From IMG/VR virus record IMGVR_UViG_3300046744_000223, positions 108,941-172,940 of that record: a DNA stretch of 64,000 nucleotides. One strand, written 5' to 3'. Position 1 is the first letter of the stretch; each line of letters begins with the position of its first letter. The notes below the pieces were generated by a model. The model did no database searches. It saw only the letters and a list, made by a program, of their open reading frames with translations, and had not been told where the DNA came from. The position numbers were made by a program, and so were the translations under genes. Below are positions 19,909 through 29,764 of the stretch, one piece after another. The stretch comes from a virus.

Positions 19909-19963
19909 CTAATATACGAAATTATAGTGAAACCACCAAATTTCTATGTTAAATAATTGTTAA
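19909..19963 (-). promoter_or_regulatory. Bacteroidota-type promoter (TTTG-N20-TATATTAG) with upstream TTAACA direct repeat
   Basis: ttaacaattatttaacat agaaa TTTG N20 TATATTAG, 5 nt before the ATG at 19903. Confidence 0.75.
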
Positions 19964-20127
19964 GATTGTGACTCTACACCTGCTTGATAAGCAAGTCTGA
20001 GACCATATCCGATGAGGATTCCACCAAGAAACGACAATAGGACTGAGTTGTAGGTATTAGAAAACCATATACCAAACACACTCATCCATATTGCGTGACC
20101 ATACTTGGTCAGTTTTACTTTGCCCAT
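19960..20127 (-). CDS. Small membrane protein (55 aa)
   Basis: Manual translation MGKVKLTKYGHAIWMSVFGIWFSNTYNSVLLSFLGGILIGYGLRLAYQAGVESQS; fills the gap; two hydrophobic stretches. Confidence 0.6.
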   Translation of the reverse strand: MGKVKLTKYGHAIWMSVFGIWFSNTYNSVLLSFLGGILIGYGLRLAYQAGVESQS

Positions 20128-20525
20128 TTTCCGTTTTGGACTAATTGAGCAATGATACCATATACTGATAAATCTGCATAGGTATCTTGTAGTGATTCAC
20201 CAACCTCATCGGGTTGACCTAATACTACGAGTTGTTTTAGTCTCTGAACCTTATCGTTCATTCTGAACCACAATCCAGTTAGTGATAGTTTCACATCATC
20301 TTTTGTCTCTAAAGTAGTTCCAACTGAGATGTTACCTGGTCCGTAGTTTCGTTGCTTCTTACAAAAGGTTTCGTATTGTTCCCACATGATTCTTTTGTAC
20401 TCTTCCATCATTTCAGGATAAGTATCCTCACAAAATTCTATTGCGGTCATCTCACCATATATGGGTCTTTCTTCTTCGTTAACCCACTCAACTTTAGTCT
20501 TTGCTTCTTTTATTATTTCAGCCAT
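20115..20525 (-). CDS. DUF1599 / nucleotide-modification-associated domain protein
   Basis: KKQRNYG, RMNDKVQRL, DTYADLSVYGII. Confidence 0.75.
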   Translation of the reverse strand: MAEIIKEAKTKVEWVNEEERPIYGEMTAIEFCEDTYPEMMEEYKRIMWEQYETFCKKQRNYGPGNISVGTTLETKDDVKLSLTGLWFRMNDKVQRLKQLVVLGQPDEVGESLQDTYADLSVYGIIAQLVQNGKWAK

Positions 20526-20953
20526 TTTTTTATGTCTTTTTTATCTACACCAAACTTTTGAATAATCTCAATTACTTCATCTTTTGATAAAATTTCAAGA
20601 TAATCCTTAACTTCACGTTCTGATACTTCGAAGTATCGTGTCAAGTAACTCAATACCTTATCATTATACTTGTCACCACCCTTTGCTTTTATATACTTGT
20701 CGAATGACTTTTTCTTAGGTAAGACATCCAAGTATAACTTGTATACATCTTTCGGTGAGAGTTGGCCAACGGTATATTGTTGTAACTCATTGACCAACTC
20801 AAGAAGACCCATATTCATAGATAGAAATCTATTTACCATATATGGTTCGAAACTCTTTTTGTCCATAACTGAAAGGGACTCCCAAGATGTTTTCTTCTCC
20901 TTTATTCCCGAAAGGTGTTGAAATAAGGTCTTAGCTTTCTTTGCTTCCGCCAT
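20513..20953 (-). CDS. Clamp loader small subunit (T4 gp62-like)
   Basis: FEPYMVNRFLSM..VNELQ, LPKKKSFDKYIK; near the gp44-like gene. Confidence 0.7.
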   Translation of the reverse strand: MAEAKKAKTLFQHLSGIKEKKTSWESLSVMDKKSFEPYMVNRFLSMNMGLLELVNELQQYTVGQLSPKDVYKLYLDVLPKKKSFDKYIKAKGGDKYNDKVLSYLTRYFEVSEREVKDYLEILSKDEVIEIIQKFGVDKKDIKKWLK

Positions 20954-21221
20954 CTTCAAAAAACTCTTTTGGAGTGAACTTTGGATGTACTGTCCCACAT
21001 TCATTACAAATGACTACGGGAATGGGTAACATGGATGCTTGACCTGATGGTGACTGAACTGCTGGCACTTCCTTGTACATGGAAACTTCCGTAAAAAATA
21101 TACCATCACAATTAGGACAAGTTACTGTTGGTAACTTGAATGGGTCTAATTGTATTTGCGGTGCTGTTTGTGCATTAGGTGGACCACCCATACTTACTAC
21201 TTTACCTTTTTTCTTAGCCAT
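20931..21221 (-). CDS. Zinc-ribbon hypothetical protein
   Basis: CPNC...CNECG. Confidence 0.6.
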   Translation of the reverse strand: MAKKKGKVVSMGGPPNAQTAPQIQLDPFKLPTVTCPNCDGIFFTEVSMYKEVPAVQSPSGQASMLPIPVVICNECGTVHPKFTPKEFFEDGGSKES

Positions 21222-21224
21222 AAC

Positions 21225-21395
21225 TTACTTGTTTTCTTCTACCGAAGCCTTACGATACTCAGTAACTAATTTCTTCAACTCACCAATTGCTTTTCTAGCT
21301 TGGGTAGCAGATTTCTTGGTTGTTCCGTTGTGAGACTCCGTGAAGTCTGCAAACAACTCAGTCATTTGCTCGAATAATTCGTTTGAATTTGCCAT
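21225..21395 (-). CDS. Hc1-like (histone H1-like) small basic protein, 56 aa
   Basis: Manual translation MANSNELFEQMTELFADFTESHNGTTKKSATQARKAIGELKKLVTEYRKASVEENK; ARKA..EL.K...EYRKAS pattern of Bacteroidota Hc1-like proteins. Confidence 0.7.
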   Translation of the reverse strand: MANSNELFEQMTELFADFTESHNGTTKKSATQARKAIGELKKLVTEYRKASVEENK

Positions 21396-21398
21396 AAT

Positions 21399-22319
21399 TT
21401 ACTTTCCTATTGTTATTAATATATTTAACATCATCGCCATTACGTTGATTTCCTTATCAACTACCATTGCGTCTTTGTACTGACCATCTGCGATGTTTAA
21501 GATAGTCTGACCCACTTTACCACTTGCGTAGTTATCTACCTCGTCATAAAGAGAACGATACAATGGTGTAAAATCCTTTAATTTTGAATCATTGATGATT
21601 TGTCTGATTTCCGTGAATTGTTCTTTGATGTCACCACTCTTTTGTAAAACCTTAATTACATTATCGGTGTAATTAGCTTGTACAGTAGATGTGGTATCAA
21701 TCTTTAACTCACCCTTGACAACTTGACGTTGTGCTGCGTTCAGTACTCTACGAATATCAGGATATCCACTATTCACCAACACAGCAAGGTCTTCGTTGTT
21801 AAACGTAACACTTTCTTCATTTAAGATTTGGTGTAAACGTTTAGCTACTTCCTTCTTTGATGGAGGTGCGATAGCAAATGTCTGACATCTTGATTGGATA
21901 GGGTCAATGACCTTCTCCACGTAATTACACGTTAATATGAATCGTGTTGATTTACTGAAAGTCTCCATTAAGTTACGGAGTGCTGCTTGTGCGTTTGGTG
22001 TCAAATAATCAGACTCATCTAAGATTACAACTTTCCACTTACGGAATCCCATAGATGATGCGAACCCACGAATCTTATCACGAACTGCATCAACCGAGTT
22101 TTCATCCGAAGCGTTGATGTACATAACATCACAATCAATTTGGTTTGTAATGATTTTAGCGAGAGTGGTTTTACCAGTACCTGCTACTCCATAAAGTAAT
22201 AGATGTGGTACATCATCATTCTCGATGTAAATCTTTACCTTCTCAAGGATATGGTCGTTACCTACATAACCTTCTAATGTGTCTGGTCGATACTTCTCAA
22301 CCCATAGTGAATTACTCAT
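21399..22319 (-). CDS. Clamp loader ATPase subunit (RFC/T4 gp44-like)
   Basis: LWVEKYRP, GVAGTGKTT, INASD, ILDESD, SRC motif. Confidence 0.95.
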   Translation of the reverse strand: MSNSLWVEKYRPDTLEGYVGNDHILEKVKIYIENDDVPHLLLYGVAGTGKTTLAKIITNQIDCDVMYINASDENSVDAVRDKIRGFASSMGFRKWKVVILDESDYLTPNAQAALRNLMETFSKSTRFILTCNYVEKVIDPIQSRCQTFAIAPPSKKEVAKRLHQILNEESVTFNNEDLAVLVNSGYPDIRRVLNAAQRQVVKGELKIDTTSTVQANYTDNVIKVLQKSGDIKEQFTEIRQIINDSKLKDFTPLYRSLYDEVDNYASGKVGQTILNIADGQYKDAMVVDKEINVMAMMLNILITIGK

Positions 22320-23506
22320 CGTCCTACTTCTTTTAAGTATTGTTTTTTTGCTTCTTCCCAAGACATACCAATGATGTCAAGATAAAATAATGGTTCTGGT
22401 TTAATACGACCCTCATCAAATAGTTTAGAGTATCGTTTAATAGCCTTCTTCTTCCACCACCTCATAGTGTAATCATCACCTTCCTCAAACTTCTTCTTTA
22501 GTTTCAATTCACTTTCGTCAATCTCATTACGAAGAAACTCATTTCCATTATCATACATCATAGCGAAGTATACACCTCGTTTGAATCCATGCATATAATG
22601 ACTTTGTTTAATACCCAATTCTTTGAATATCATTGATAGAATGCGTTGCTTTACACCTGATACAGGTCCAGCAATCCCATCTTTCTGAGTTGTGTGTCTA
22701 GCATACTCATCTGGCTGGTTTTCTTTTAACCATTGATGCCATACATCATAAACTGAATCATCTGGCTTGGTAGCAACTTTACCAGCTGACTCACCCAATG
22801 TTTTGAAATGTGGAATACCATTATATTGGGAGTGGATACCATATAGTGAAGTAGTACCTACTGCAATAAGTTCTTGTCCGTACTTTTCTTTCCAATGTTC
22901 ACGAACGACTGGAGATGTAGTCATACAGGCTACTAACTTACCACCTAAGAAGTTATATCCTAATGGTTGAGTACACACAATAGTACTTGCTATTGTAGTG
23001 TGATTCAATCTACCATCTTGGAATTTATTCTCCTTAGTCCATCCTATATAGTTATCCCTAACTCCCAATGAAGTGACATCAGAACCCAAAGAAACCAACC
23101 CCAACATCTTACCACTTACTCGGTCTTTAATGTACATCTTTACATTACGACCTGGATTAGCAGTGAATGACATTGTATGGATTAACTTACGGATTTCAGT
23201 CCAACGAGTGGATTCTTTGGAGTCAGTTACAATCTCAACGTATGGGTCAAGGTCCTCAATCTCTTTGATTGTTTGGTCCTTGTTCGTAATGTCAGTAGGT
23301 GACCATAGTTGGTCAATATACTGAGCCATTGCGGCTTTCCGTTTCATTGAAGTTGGTAAGTCTGAATTCCACTCATCCCACTTTTTGTAAAGCGTCTGCT
23401 CTTCTACTGACATTGATGAAAGGTAGTCCATATTCTCAATGAACTTTTCTTTCTCAACATTATAGTCAAACACCGGCTTCGTTGGTTCTGTGTCCCAAAA
23501 CTGCAT
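22316..23506 (-). CDS. DUF4338 (Druantia DruA-like) protein
   Basis: PGRN..IKDRVSGKMLG..SLGS, RDNYIGW, PLGYNFLGGKL, TTSLYG. Confidence 0.7.
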   Translation of the reverse strand: MQFWDTEPTKPVFDYNVEKEKFIENMDYLSSMSVEEQTLYKKWDEWNSDLPTSMKRKAAMAQYIDQLWSPTDITNKDQTIKEIEDLDPYVEIVTDSKESTRWTEIRKLIHTMSFTANPGRNVKMYIKDRVSGKMLGLVSLGSDVTSLGVRDNYIGWTKENKFQDGRLNHTTIASTIVCTQPLGYNFLGGKLVACMTTSPVVREHWKEKYGQELIAVGTTSLYGIHSQYNGIPHFKTLGESAGKVATKPDDSVYDVWHQWLKENQPDEYARHTTQKDGIAGPVSGVKQRILSMIFKELGIKQSHYMHGFKRGVYFAMMYDNGNEFLRNEIDESELKLKKKFEEGDDYTMRWWKKKAIKRYSKLFDEGRIKPEPLFYLDIIGMSWEEAKKQYLKEVGR

Positions 23507-23507
23507 A

Positions 23508-24203
23508 TTACTTAATCTCTACTAAATAGTAATTAGACTTGAATCCATCATGCTCAAATGCAACGTGAGCAAGACCTTGTGGTGAAATCTTCAAAGAAGA
23601 TGACTTAGCACCACGATTAGCACTTAGAATCTCTTTCAAGTACTTAGCTGAGAATGAAATTGGTTCAACATCACTTTCACACGTACACTCGACATTCATA
23701 GAGATTCGGTTAGAGTTGATTTTAGAGTAACCTAAAATTACCTCACCTTTGTTTTCTTTACACGTAAATGTAAACGTGTCTGAATCAGACATAGCACCCT
23801 TAGCTTTTGTAAAGGTAGCGATGAAATCACCATCCATAGTTACATTAGATGTAAATGGTGGAAGTTGTTTTAGTTCAGGTACTACTGGAATAACTGAGAG
23901 GTCAGCCAACATATAGTTTACTGAAGTTTTACCATCAGAGAATACCAATGCAGCCGTACCTTCGGATACATCAACTTGACTACCCAATACACCAAGTAGA
24001 CCTTTTAATTGAGATGTGGTATAAACCCCATACTCTCCATTTGGAAAACCAGTCTCTTCACTCTCAACAGTACCCAATAGAGTTTTGTCATCAGAGATGA
24101 ATGAAACTTGCATTCCGGCGTCAGTAGAATTAACTTTTACTGACTCCACTTCACCACCCAAGTTGTAACGAGAGATGAAACCTTCAATAGAATTCTTTTT
24201 CAT
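23508..24203 (-). CDS. Sliding clamp (PCNA/T4 gp45-like)
   Basis: 231 aa; FSAKYLKEIL and C-terminal YYLV; sits between PolB and clamp loader. Confidence 0.75.
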   Translation of the reverse strand: MKKNSIEGFISRYNLGGEVESVKVNSTDAGMQVSFISDDKTLLGTVESEETGFPNGEYGVYTTSQLKGLLGVLGSQVDVSEGTAALVFSDGKTSVNYMLADLSVIPVVPELKQLPPFTSNVTMDGDFIATFTKAKGAMSDSDTFTFTCKENKGEVILGYSKINSNRISMNVECTCESDVEPISFSAKYLKEILSANRGAKSSSLKISPQGLAHVAFEHDGFKSNYYLVEIK

Positions 24204-24227
24204 TGTTATTATTTGTTATTTATTATA

Positions 24228-24259
24228 CTAATATACGAAATTAAATTGGACTATCCAAA
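24228..24259 (-). promoter_or_regulatory. Bacteroidota-type promoter for the clamp operon
   Basis: TTTG-N20-TATATTAG. Confidence 0.75.
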
Positions 24260-26776
24260 TTAAAATGAGAAAAATTGTGCTGCGTGAGCAAGGTTAGGAT
24301 TTGGCTTCTCCCAATTCATTGCTTTATAGAAATCATCTAACTTATTGTTCAACTCCTTCTCCCAAATCAAATCATAGTCAATGTATTGTTCAATGAATGC
24401 GTTTATCTCAGGTGGGTCGGAGTGACCAGTAAATCCGGTAGTCTGAAGTCCAAGTGGATTCTTCTTTAGATATACCCATTTAATCTTATCACCATCCTTC
24501 ATTGGTTCATATTTGTAAGGAGCATCAAACTTCTTCAATAGTTGGTTGTAAGTAAGTGCAGCCTTTACGTGAGCAGGTGTCCCCTTCATGAACTCACCAA
24601 GTGCTTGGTCCTTAAACCTATACTTAGACATATCCTTTACAGCTGAGTTCTTTGCGATATTCACAAATGGTTGGTCAGTCATCCCATCCTTATAGTTTAG
24701 GATTTTATCGTCCAACTTCTTCTTGTCCTCATCCTTTAGGATATCCATCAGTACAGTAGACATTACCTCTTTGAAGTATACTGGAAATGATGAACGTTTT
24801 ACATCTAACCCCTTCACATCCAACTTATCACAATCAACGGTATTATCATTTATAATCCATTGAGCGTATCTCTTCTTCGATACCCAAAAACCACCCTTAG
24901 CGATAGTCTCTTGTTTGATGTCGAATCGGTGAGTGTCTACGTTGAACAATTTAAATGCCATCATATCATACACCTTGTTGATATGTTCCTCAACCTCTTT
25001 AGCGACTGATAGAATTGCTGGAATCATTTGTTCATCCGAGTTCTCATCGATTTCAGGATTACGAGCTTTTACAAGTGGTGCTGCCTGATAGAATACGGAA
25101 TCCGTATCAGTATACACATTATAATCTGCTTCCTTACCAATGTTCTTTGTGTAGTATTGGTTAGCAATCAACTCGGTAGTCTTAATTACAGTCTGGCCAG
25201 TGATTGTAGTTGCCTCAGCGTTATCCACATCATAGAATCTGAATGATGGTAACCCAAGTACTCCATATAAGGAGTTCAACATAATCTTTTGTACCAACTG
25301 ACGTTGAGAGTAGAACTTATACAACTCATCATTACCTTCCTTACCATACTTCTTCATAAGGTCTTTGTATTCCACGCGTTTGTCAAACCAAACATTAAGA
25401 ATCTCAGGAATCACACCTACCTTATCTCTACGATATAGAACACCATTAGCAGCAACTGAGTAGTTTGACTTTTCGATAAAGTTCATAAACTTATCCTTAG
25501 CTAATGGAGGAAACTCATTACCATCGTCATCGATAATTGAATATGTTTCAATCTTACCCTTCATATGGTCTTCAGCCACATAGTTCTTTAACTTACCAAT
25601 CTTTGTCTCTGGCGAGATATTGATGGTCATAATGATAGATGGATATAGTGATGTTAAATCCAAATCATATACCCATTTGTAAAGACCAGGTTTAGGTTCT
25701 TTTACATATGCGCCGGTAAACTTACCTTCAGCCTCAGTTCCATCATCATTACGTGCTCTTCGTCTTGGTTTGTTTGGAGCAACACGACCACTCCTACGTA
25801 GGAATGTTAACATTGCACCCTCTAACCACTTTGATGAGAATAAGAAGTCTTCATAGAATACGTGACCTGCGTGACATATTGCTCTAGCCAAATCAATGAA
25901 TTGAAGTTTCTTATCCATATCAACAACCAATTCAACATCCACCAAGTTATACTCAATAAACGTTTCCAAGTCATCTCTGAACAATTGGTCAAGGTTTCCC
26001 TCATACTCAATCTTACCTCTACCCAATTCTAACTTAGCGATAGTGTCTAATCGGTAGTTTGGATATTCAGTATATGTAAAGTTCTTAAATAAAGCGATGT
26101 AGTCCAATGCAGACACACCAGCAATCAAATAACGATTACGATACTTATTCCAATGAACTTTACCAATAGGTGATAGTTGGTTTGCCATAGACTCACCCAA
26201 CACTCTCTTCATTCGGTTGTATAGATACGTGACATCAAAGAAGTCAATGTTCCAACCAGTAATAATAGTTGGATTGATTTCTTTCCATTTGTTTAGGAAC
26301 GCAACTAACATACCCTCTTCAGTATCAAACGATTCTACCGTAGCACCTTTGATGGTCTTATTAATCTTCTCACCTTTATTTACAACATATACAAAGTAAT
26401 CACCACTCACCGAATCATGACCTGCGACTGAAGTCATAGCATTCTTAGCTTCGGTTGTATCAGGTAGACCACTATTCATCTCTACCTCAATATCAAAGGT
26501 AAGTACAGTATGTCCATTCGATACCTCATCTGAATCACCATATTGGTCAATCAGAAAACGTGTCATCTCGTTTACATCACTTTCATATAATTCAAGACCA
26601 TCGTCTTGCTTCCAAAAGTTGATTTTCTTTAACCTCTCTCCATGAATAGAAGTATGAGCACCATTCCCATCTCTAACGTAAGCATATCTACGGTATTTAG
26701 ATGTGAAGTAACCTTTCTCATCATCCCAACAATGGATGAGGTTGTTTTCTTTTTCGAAGTATACATTTTGATACAT
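24260..26776 (-). CDS. Family B DNA polymerase (T4 gp43-like)
   Basis: FDIEV, GWNIDFFD, YNLVDV, DLDLTSLYPS, KIMLNSLYG, YTDTDS, KKRY. Confidence 0.97.
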   Translation of the reverse strand: MYQNVYFEKENNLIHCWDDEKGYFTSKYRRYAYVRDGNGAHTSIHGERLKKINFWKQDDGLELYESDVNEMTRFLIDQYGDSDEVSNGHTVLTFDIEVEMNSGLPDTTEAKNAMTSVAGHDSVSGDYFVYVVNKGEKINKTIKGATVESFDTEEGMLVAFLNKWKEINPTIITGWNIDFFDVTYLYNRMKRVLGESMANQLSPIGKVHWNKYRNRYLIAGVSALDYIALFKNFTYTEYPNYRLDTIAKLELGRGKIEYEGNLDQLFRDDLETFIEYNLVDVELVVDMDKKLQFIDLARAICHAGHVFYEDFLFSSKWLEGAMLTFLRRSGRVAPNKPRRRARNDDGTEAEGKFTGAYVKEPKPGLYKWVYDLDLTSLYPSIIMTINISPETKIGKLKNYVAEDHMKGKIETYSIIDDDGNEFPPLAKDKFMNFIEKSNYSVAANGVLYRRDKVGVIPEILNVWFDKRVEYKDLMKKYGKEGNDELYKFYSQRQLVQKIMLNSLYGVLGLPSFRFYDVDNAEATTITGQTVIKTTELIANQYYTKNIGKEADYNVYTDTDSVFYQAAPLVKARNPEIDENSDEQMIPAILSVAKEVEEHINKVYDMMAFKLFNVDTHRFDIKQETIAKGGFWVSKKRYAQWIINDNTVDCDKLDVKGLDVKRSSFPVYFKEVMSTVLMDILKDEDKKKLDDKILNYKDGMTDQPFVNIAKNSAVKDMSKYRFKDQALGEFMKGTPAHVKAALTYNQLLKKFDAPYKYEPMKDGDKIKWVYLKKNPLGLQTTGFTGHSDPPEINAFIEQYIDYDLIWEKELNNKLDDFYKAMNWEKPNPNLAHAAQFFSF

Positions 26777-27894
26777 TAATTAAAGTCTTTTCTAGCCATA
26801 TTAATAAAGTTGTTCTCTACATCCCAACTTTTAAGTTGAGATTCCCATAGTAAAGACTCCGCGATATGAGTTACATCAGGACGTTCGATTTCACCATCCA
26901 ATAACTTAACAACCATTTCTTTAAATTCATCTTTACCATTATAAAGTAATGGATACTCTTCACCAACCATTTCGGGATAACAAAAATCGTTTGGAAGTAA
27001 GTAAGGTACACCTCGACTTAACCCATCAGTAGCCGACATTGACCAAGCCGAATATCCTTGGAATGTACCTACGCCAAAATGTGCTTTAGACATTTGATTC
27101 ATATACACATCTCTATCAGCGTGTCCAATATACTTGGTATATGATTTACCCATATCTTTTAATGAAGTCCATACTTGGAAGTCTTTACGAGTTTCCCATA
27201 GCTCATCCATCGCCTCGAAGAACCACTCAGCCCCAGTATACACTCCCCATCTATGATTAAATAGAATAGTTTTAGGTTCATATGTGGATGTTGGTGTAGC
27301 TGAATCACATCCCAAATACCAAGGTTGGATAATTTCCTCTAATTTATCAGTAATATGTGGTTGGAATGTTTCTGATGCTCGTTTAATAACTAAATCCTTT
27401 ACCCATTGTGAGTTTACACCACAAACTTTCATTTGTAACATACCTTTGACATTTTTCCAAAATGAGTTAACGTCTCTAGCTCCATTGTCTTTGATTTCCC
27501 ACCAATGACAATACCCAATAATAGGTTGTGATTTATTATATATTCTTGATACTTTGAATTCGTTTGTCCATTCCGGCAAATGTGACCATATGAGATTAAA
27601 CTCACCATTGTATTTTTCAATCAGTCTATTGAAAAACTTATGTGGATAGTCTACTCTCATTTTAGGTGGAAAGCAATCTAAACTATCCATTGATACCAAC
27701 TCAACATTTGGATGTTCAAATTTATTGATGATACCAGGATGATTATCAAAATCAGGATATGGTAGAATCCACTCCCACTCTTTTCCGATTTCAGTATTCT
27801 CTATAAAGGACTTGAATACCAATAGGAACGAGTCCCTATTGATGTCCTTAACAGACCCGAAATTTGTATAATTTGGTATTACTAAAACTCTCAT
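26776..27894 (-). CDS. GT-B glycosyltransferase, candidate DNA-modifying
   Basis: ILFNHR, WSMSATDGLSRGVPYLLP..YPEMVG; translationally coupled to PolB. Confidence 0.6.
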   Translation of the reverse strand: MRVLVIPNYTNFGSVKDINRDSFLLVFKSFIENTEIGKEWEWILPYPDFDNHPGIINKFEHPNVELVSMDSLDCFPPKMRVDYPHKFFNRLIEKYNGEFNLIWSHLPEWTNEFKVSRIYNKSQPIIGYCHWWEIKDNGARDVNSFWKNVKGMLQMKVCGVNSQWVKDLVIKRASETFQPHITDKLEEIIQPWYLGCDSATPTSTYEPKTILFNHRWGVYTGAEWFFEAMDELWETRKDFQVWTSLKDMGKSYTKYIGHADRDVYMNQMSKAHFGVGTFQGYSAWSMSATDGLSRGVPYLLPNDFCYPEMVGEEYPLLYNGKDEFKEMVVKLLDGEIERPDVTHIAESLLWESQLKSWDVENNFINMARKDFN

Positions 27895-27895
27895 A

Positions 27896-29692
27896 TTATG
27901 CTCCGAAATTTAAACCCGTTTCAAGGATTTGGTAAATTATATTGATTGATGAAGTGACAACTCGGGTTTCAATTAAACTCAAATTAGTAGACATCTTCTC
28001 GTTATGGTCAGCGAGCATCTCCCAATACTCATTTGGTGTACAATTCCAATTCTTGAATTTCTGATTACCTGTTAGATTATCATCAGTCATACCCAAAAAC
28101 CCATCTTTGGCATCACCACCGGTTGAGTTGGGTGATTTGTGTAACCATTGAACACCCTCACCAGTCTTAAAGTTCACAACACTTAACACATCAGTAGACA
28201 GTGGGTATAGTTTCAATCGTTGAGGCATCCCCTCCGACTCAAGGAAGGATGTGATTCGTGTCAGAGATTGGTCACGATATTCAGCTTGAAGGTTACGGTC
28301 TTTTGAACCAGCCTTCAGGTTAGATTCAACATTCTGAAAGACATACTTGAATATCTTTTCAAACCTACTATTTGCGTTCGTTGATGAGTGAATCGAAGAT
28401 TGTGTTCCAAAATACTCCCACACGTTAATTTGATTACCCTCATGGTCAACATTACCATTCAGCAATTTAGAATACTCATTGACTACTTTGGATGTTAACT
28501 TTGATAAACCAACCGACTTCTTGGTTCGTTTGAAGTATAAAACAAAGGTGAATAACAAAATTCCGGTATGATACTTTTTAATGTGAAGGTCTTCCATTGC
28601 TTTGATTCTCTTCCCATTTAGATGGTTGGTTACAATTTTGTTAATAGTAGTCGTTATTGTCTTCCAATCATCCGATTCAAATACCTTTACATATACACTC
28701 TCATACCACGTGGTTAACTCACCATAACTAATTTCCGAAATAACACGTTTGAACATAGATTGCCAGTATTCGGTTTCATTACCATCGGATGTTCCGTTTT
28801 CAAAACTAACGACCATATCGTTAAACTTTTTAAACTCATCAATGGTATCACAATAGTGAGAACCGATGTACGCCTGAATGATGGGAATCATCTTTGCTAT
28901 TTTGTGTTTCTCTGCGTATTTTTTATGACCAGACATCAACCCACCTCGTGTAAATTCAGCAGCACCGGCTTTATTAGTGAAATATTCTAAAAGTTGGTCA
29001 CCACAAAAATAAGTTTTGTACTCATCAGTTCGTTTCAAAGGAGTCATATAATAGTTGTAAGCCAACCAAGGATGTGGTTGTCGGTTACAATTAATCATGT
29101 CCTTCTCAAATTGTTTTACAGTATGTAGATTAACAACAAATGCAATTTCACTATTGTCAAAGAATTCACTAAATTCATCAGACCCATCTACCAAATCTTT
29201 TAAAGAATACTTAATATCAAGTTCTTGTGGTGTCTTGGTATTGAAATAGTCCATAATCATATTGATTACACACTTGTCATCCTCATTCGTGATGTCATAA
29301 TATTTAATAATGTCTTCACACATTATTAACCATTCATTACCTGTTAAAACACGACTATCATAGTATTTACCAAACAATAAGGAAAACAATGTACCATTGT
29401 CACGAATATAACCAACTTCACCTACCTTATCCTTTAAGACAGATACCAATAACTGACCTTTCTCTGAAATACCACTTATATAACGAATTAAATGATGTAG
29501 TTTACCCCAATACTTTTTGACATTATCCAAATCCTCATCTCGGTTAGCCTCATTATCAAGAGCACCACCCTCAATCAACTCACGACACATTTGAAATGTG
29601 ACAACACCCATTGTCTTAACAAAAATAGCAGGCTTTGATTTGTTCTTACCAACCCACACAAGTGCTTCTTTTAAATTCTTCATATCTTTCAT
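27896..29692 (-). CDS. Large hypothetical protein (598 aa)
   Basis: Long ORF with its own promoter; possible degenerate C-terminal HNH-like segment. Confidence 0.6.
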   Translation of the reverse strand: MKDMKNLKEALVWVGKNKSKPAIFVKTMGVVTFQMCRELIEGGALDNEANRDEDLDNVKKYWGKLHHLIRYISGISEKGQLLVSVLKDKVGEVGYIRDNGTLFSLLFGKYYDSRVLTGNEWLIMCEDIIKYYDITNEDDKCVINMIMDYFNTKTPQELDIKYSLKDLVDGSDEFSEFFDNSEIAFVVNLHTVKQFEKDMINCNRQPHPWLAYNYYMTPLKRTDEYKTYFCGDQLLEYFTNKAGAAEFTRGGLMSGHKKYAEKHKIAKMIPIIQAYIGSHYCDTIDEFKKFNDMVVSFENGTSDGNETEYWQSMFKRVISEISYGELTTWYESVYVKVFESDDWKTITTTINKIVTNHLNGKRIKAMEDLHIKKYHTGILLFTFVLYFKRTKKSVGLSKLTSKVVNEYSKLLNGNVDHEGNQINVWEYFGTQSSIHSSTNANSRFEKIFKYVFQNVESNLKAGSKDRNLQAEYRDQSLTRITSFLESEGMPQRLKLYPLSTDVLSVVNFKTGEGVQWLHKSPNSTGGDAKDGFLGMTDDNLTGNQKFKNWNCTPNEYWEMLADHNEKMSTNLSLIETRVVTSSINIIYQILETGLNFGA

Positions 29693-29707
29693 TTCTTATT
29701 TCTTATA

Positions 29708-29762
29708 CTAATATACAACGATTTTCTTAACTTACCAAATTATAATGTTAAGAAATCGTTAA
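29708..29762 (-). promoter_or_regulatory. Bacteroidota-type promoter with upstream TTAAC direct repeat
   Basis: ttaacgatttcttaacat tataa TTTG-N20-TATATTAG. Confidence 0.75.
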
Positions 29763-29764
29763 AC

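Noticed and set aside
22316-23506. Complete Druantia defence system
   Set aside because: Only a DruA-like gene is present; no DruE helicase or other partners.
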